Below, piece by piece: positions 45,831 through 47,264 of a stretch of 47,264 nucleotides of DNA (its first letter is position 1; each line of letters begins with the position of its first letter). The DNA lies in contig MEDY01000229.1 in the NCBI GenBank assembly GCA_001724265.1, positions 1-47,264 of the forward strand. Direction: 5' to 3'. The DNA comes from Rhizaria sp. SCN 62-66. Taxonomy: Eukaryota. The position numbers and the translations under genes are program-made. Below the pieces are notes generated by a model, which did not search any database, was not told the DNA's origin, and was given only the letters and a program-made list of their open reading frames with translations.

Positions 45831-46356
45831 GATACGTTTTACTTGTTACACGGACAAAAATTTTAACTACAAACAGTGAGCTTCTAAAACCAGGTGTTGC
45901 ACGCCAATCGCAGACCGACGGCGCCAGCTCAACATGCAGTAAGTGTATTAATAATATTGCTAGTCACACATCTGTACACAAATGAACGACTAATAATGCC
46001 ATATTTTGTATAGTAGACAGCTTTTTGGAAAACAATTTTGTCATCCAGCATAATTCTATACAGGTACTAGTACTAGTAATGCCTGTTTTCACGCCAGAAG
46101 ACAAAACTAAGTCACAGTACGTAAAGCTAAGGATGACAAAATCTTACTACTAGTACAACAACACTTGAAGTGACACTAATCTAAGTTAACACAACAAACA
46201 AAAATAAATTAATCAAGATTTCAACTTGAACAAAATAAAAATACAACAAGTTATTGGAAAGAAAGACATTATCCATCGGAATTACGCGTTCCCAAAAAAG
46301 CAATGCACTTAGCGCAAACGCGCCGCGTTGTTAACGCGGCCAGAAACAAAAGGATA

Positions 46357-46429
46357 TGTAGCTTGGGGGCATTGATCCCCCTGCCCCGCGCATGCTAAGC
46401 GCATACTCTACCATCTGAGCTAAAGCCAC
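46357..46429 (-). tRNA. tRNA-Ala(AGC), copy 2
   Basis: Identical 73-nt body to copy 1; trailer TATCCTTTTGTTT. Confidence 0.95.
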
Positions 46430-46537
46430 CTAGATTCTGACGCGTTTACACCAGAACAAAGCTCGGAATCAGCAACTGGAAGGCCGTTGCACCTCTGCTT
46501 GTTTACATCTTCGGGGAAGACTTGATTCAAAAAAGAA

Positions 46538-46610
46538 AGCCACCGGCGGGGCTCGAACCCGCGGCTAATCGGTTAAGAGCCGAACACTCTACCGACTGAG
46601 TTACGACGGC
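46538..46610 (-). tRNA. tRNA-Lys(CTT)
   Basis: GCCGTCG TA ACTC-AGTCGGTA-GAGT G TTCGG-CTCTTAA-CCGAT TAGCC GCGGG-TTCGAGC-CCCGC CGGTGGC T. Anticodon CTT; followed by TTCTTTTTT. Confidence 0.93.
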
Positions 46611-46681
46611 CTTGAACTGTAACGTTTGTGGTTGTTGCACATCCACATGTTACACATCAGAATGATGAACAAAAAGATATG

Positions 46682-46754
46682 TGTAGCTTGGGGGCATTGA
46701 TCCCCCTGCCCCGCGCATGCTAAGCGCATACTCTACCATCTGAGCTAAAGCCAC
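46682..46754 (-). tRNA. tRNA-Ala(AGC), copy 3
   Basis: Identical 73-nt body to copies 1 and 2; trailer CATATCTTTTT. Confidence 0.95.
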
Positions 46755-47264
46755 TTCTTACTTCCAATCGCAACTCACCGCCGCCGTCACAATGTCAGAC
46801 ACTGCTTCAACGAAGATTGTCGCTCTCGGTCCGCTGACACAACGGAAAGGGTACATCTGAAAGAAATGATAAGTAAAATAAAACATAAAACGAGCAAAAA
46901 AAATGTTATGGAAGCTATTGCCCCCGACTCTATGAAGTCTTAGCTGCGTTTGATGGCGCGGCCTAACTTGTTTGATGCTGAAAATGACAAAATTTAAGGT
47001 CTATAAAGTTTATTCATAAATTCTAAGAACAAGGATATCTCTTTCATTCCATTATTTCTTTTCATTTTACTCCTTGAAATTGTAATTTTAATCTTTTTAC
47101 TTAAAAAATCCGTCGAAATTGTTTCCGTAAATCTGCATATCCTCGAGATCCTACAGGTTGTGTAATACTACTGCGGGCAAAAATATCCGTAGCTGTGGCT
47201 AAAATATCCGTAGTTGACCAAGCAAATTTGTGGTGGAAGTTGATTTTGTAATACAATTGGATTG

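Noticed and set aside
46538-46610. Possible suppressor tRNA that might explain the TAG
   Set aside because: The anticodon loop reads CT-CTT-AA (Lys), not CTA. The 'ttaa' on the plus strand is out of register. U73 is also known in yeast tRNA-Lys(CUU). No suppressor tRNA is present in this window.
36288-46754. Functional linkage of the m5U54 methyltransferase with the nearby tRNA cluster
   Set aside because: They are separated by an unrelated gene, three of the five tRNAs have A54 and cannot be substrates, and eukaryotic gene order gives no operon logic.
45758-46754. Three identical repeats with unique spacers resembling a CRISPR array
   Set aside because: The repeats are 73-nt tRNA cloverleaves, the spacers are hundreds of bp and irregular, and there are no cas genes in this eukaryotic context.

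Overview
Eukaryotic nuclear DNA, probably from a flagellated/ciliated protist; the lineage cannot be fixed from this window. Exons are very GC-rich and Ala-rich, while introns and intergenic DNA are AT- or pyrimidine-rich. By reading splice sites by hand I model eight protein genes: (1) an unknown gene running off the left edge; (2) a ~6,280-aa divergent RME-8/DNAJC13-like protein with no visible J-domain HPD and a microexon-built MGxxxS N-terminus; (3) a plant-type inositol-phosphorylceramide synthase; (4) a 6-exon non-RD protein kinase with a D-box and a ~450-aa insert apparently inside its N-lobe; (5) TMEM218; (6) an IQ + cNMP-binding protein; (7) a Trm2/TRMT2-family tRNA m5U54 methyltransferase with a cryptic mitochondrial-type leader; (8) a type-I membrane EGF-like protein interrupted by one in-frame TAG. 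A cluster of five tRNA genes follows (4 Ala, 1 Lys). Best leads: the in-frame TAG separating a secretable ectodomain from its membrane anchor, together with the fact that no gene here ends on a lone TAG (UAG readthrough or recoding, versus a nonsense allele or sequencing error); tRNA-Ala genes with U2:A71 instead of the usual G2:C71; and a near-invariant GTACG 5' splice site (14 of 15 modelled introns). Family calls rest on remembered motifs, not on database searches.
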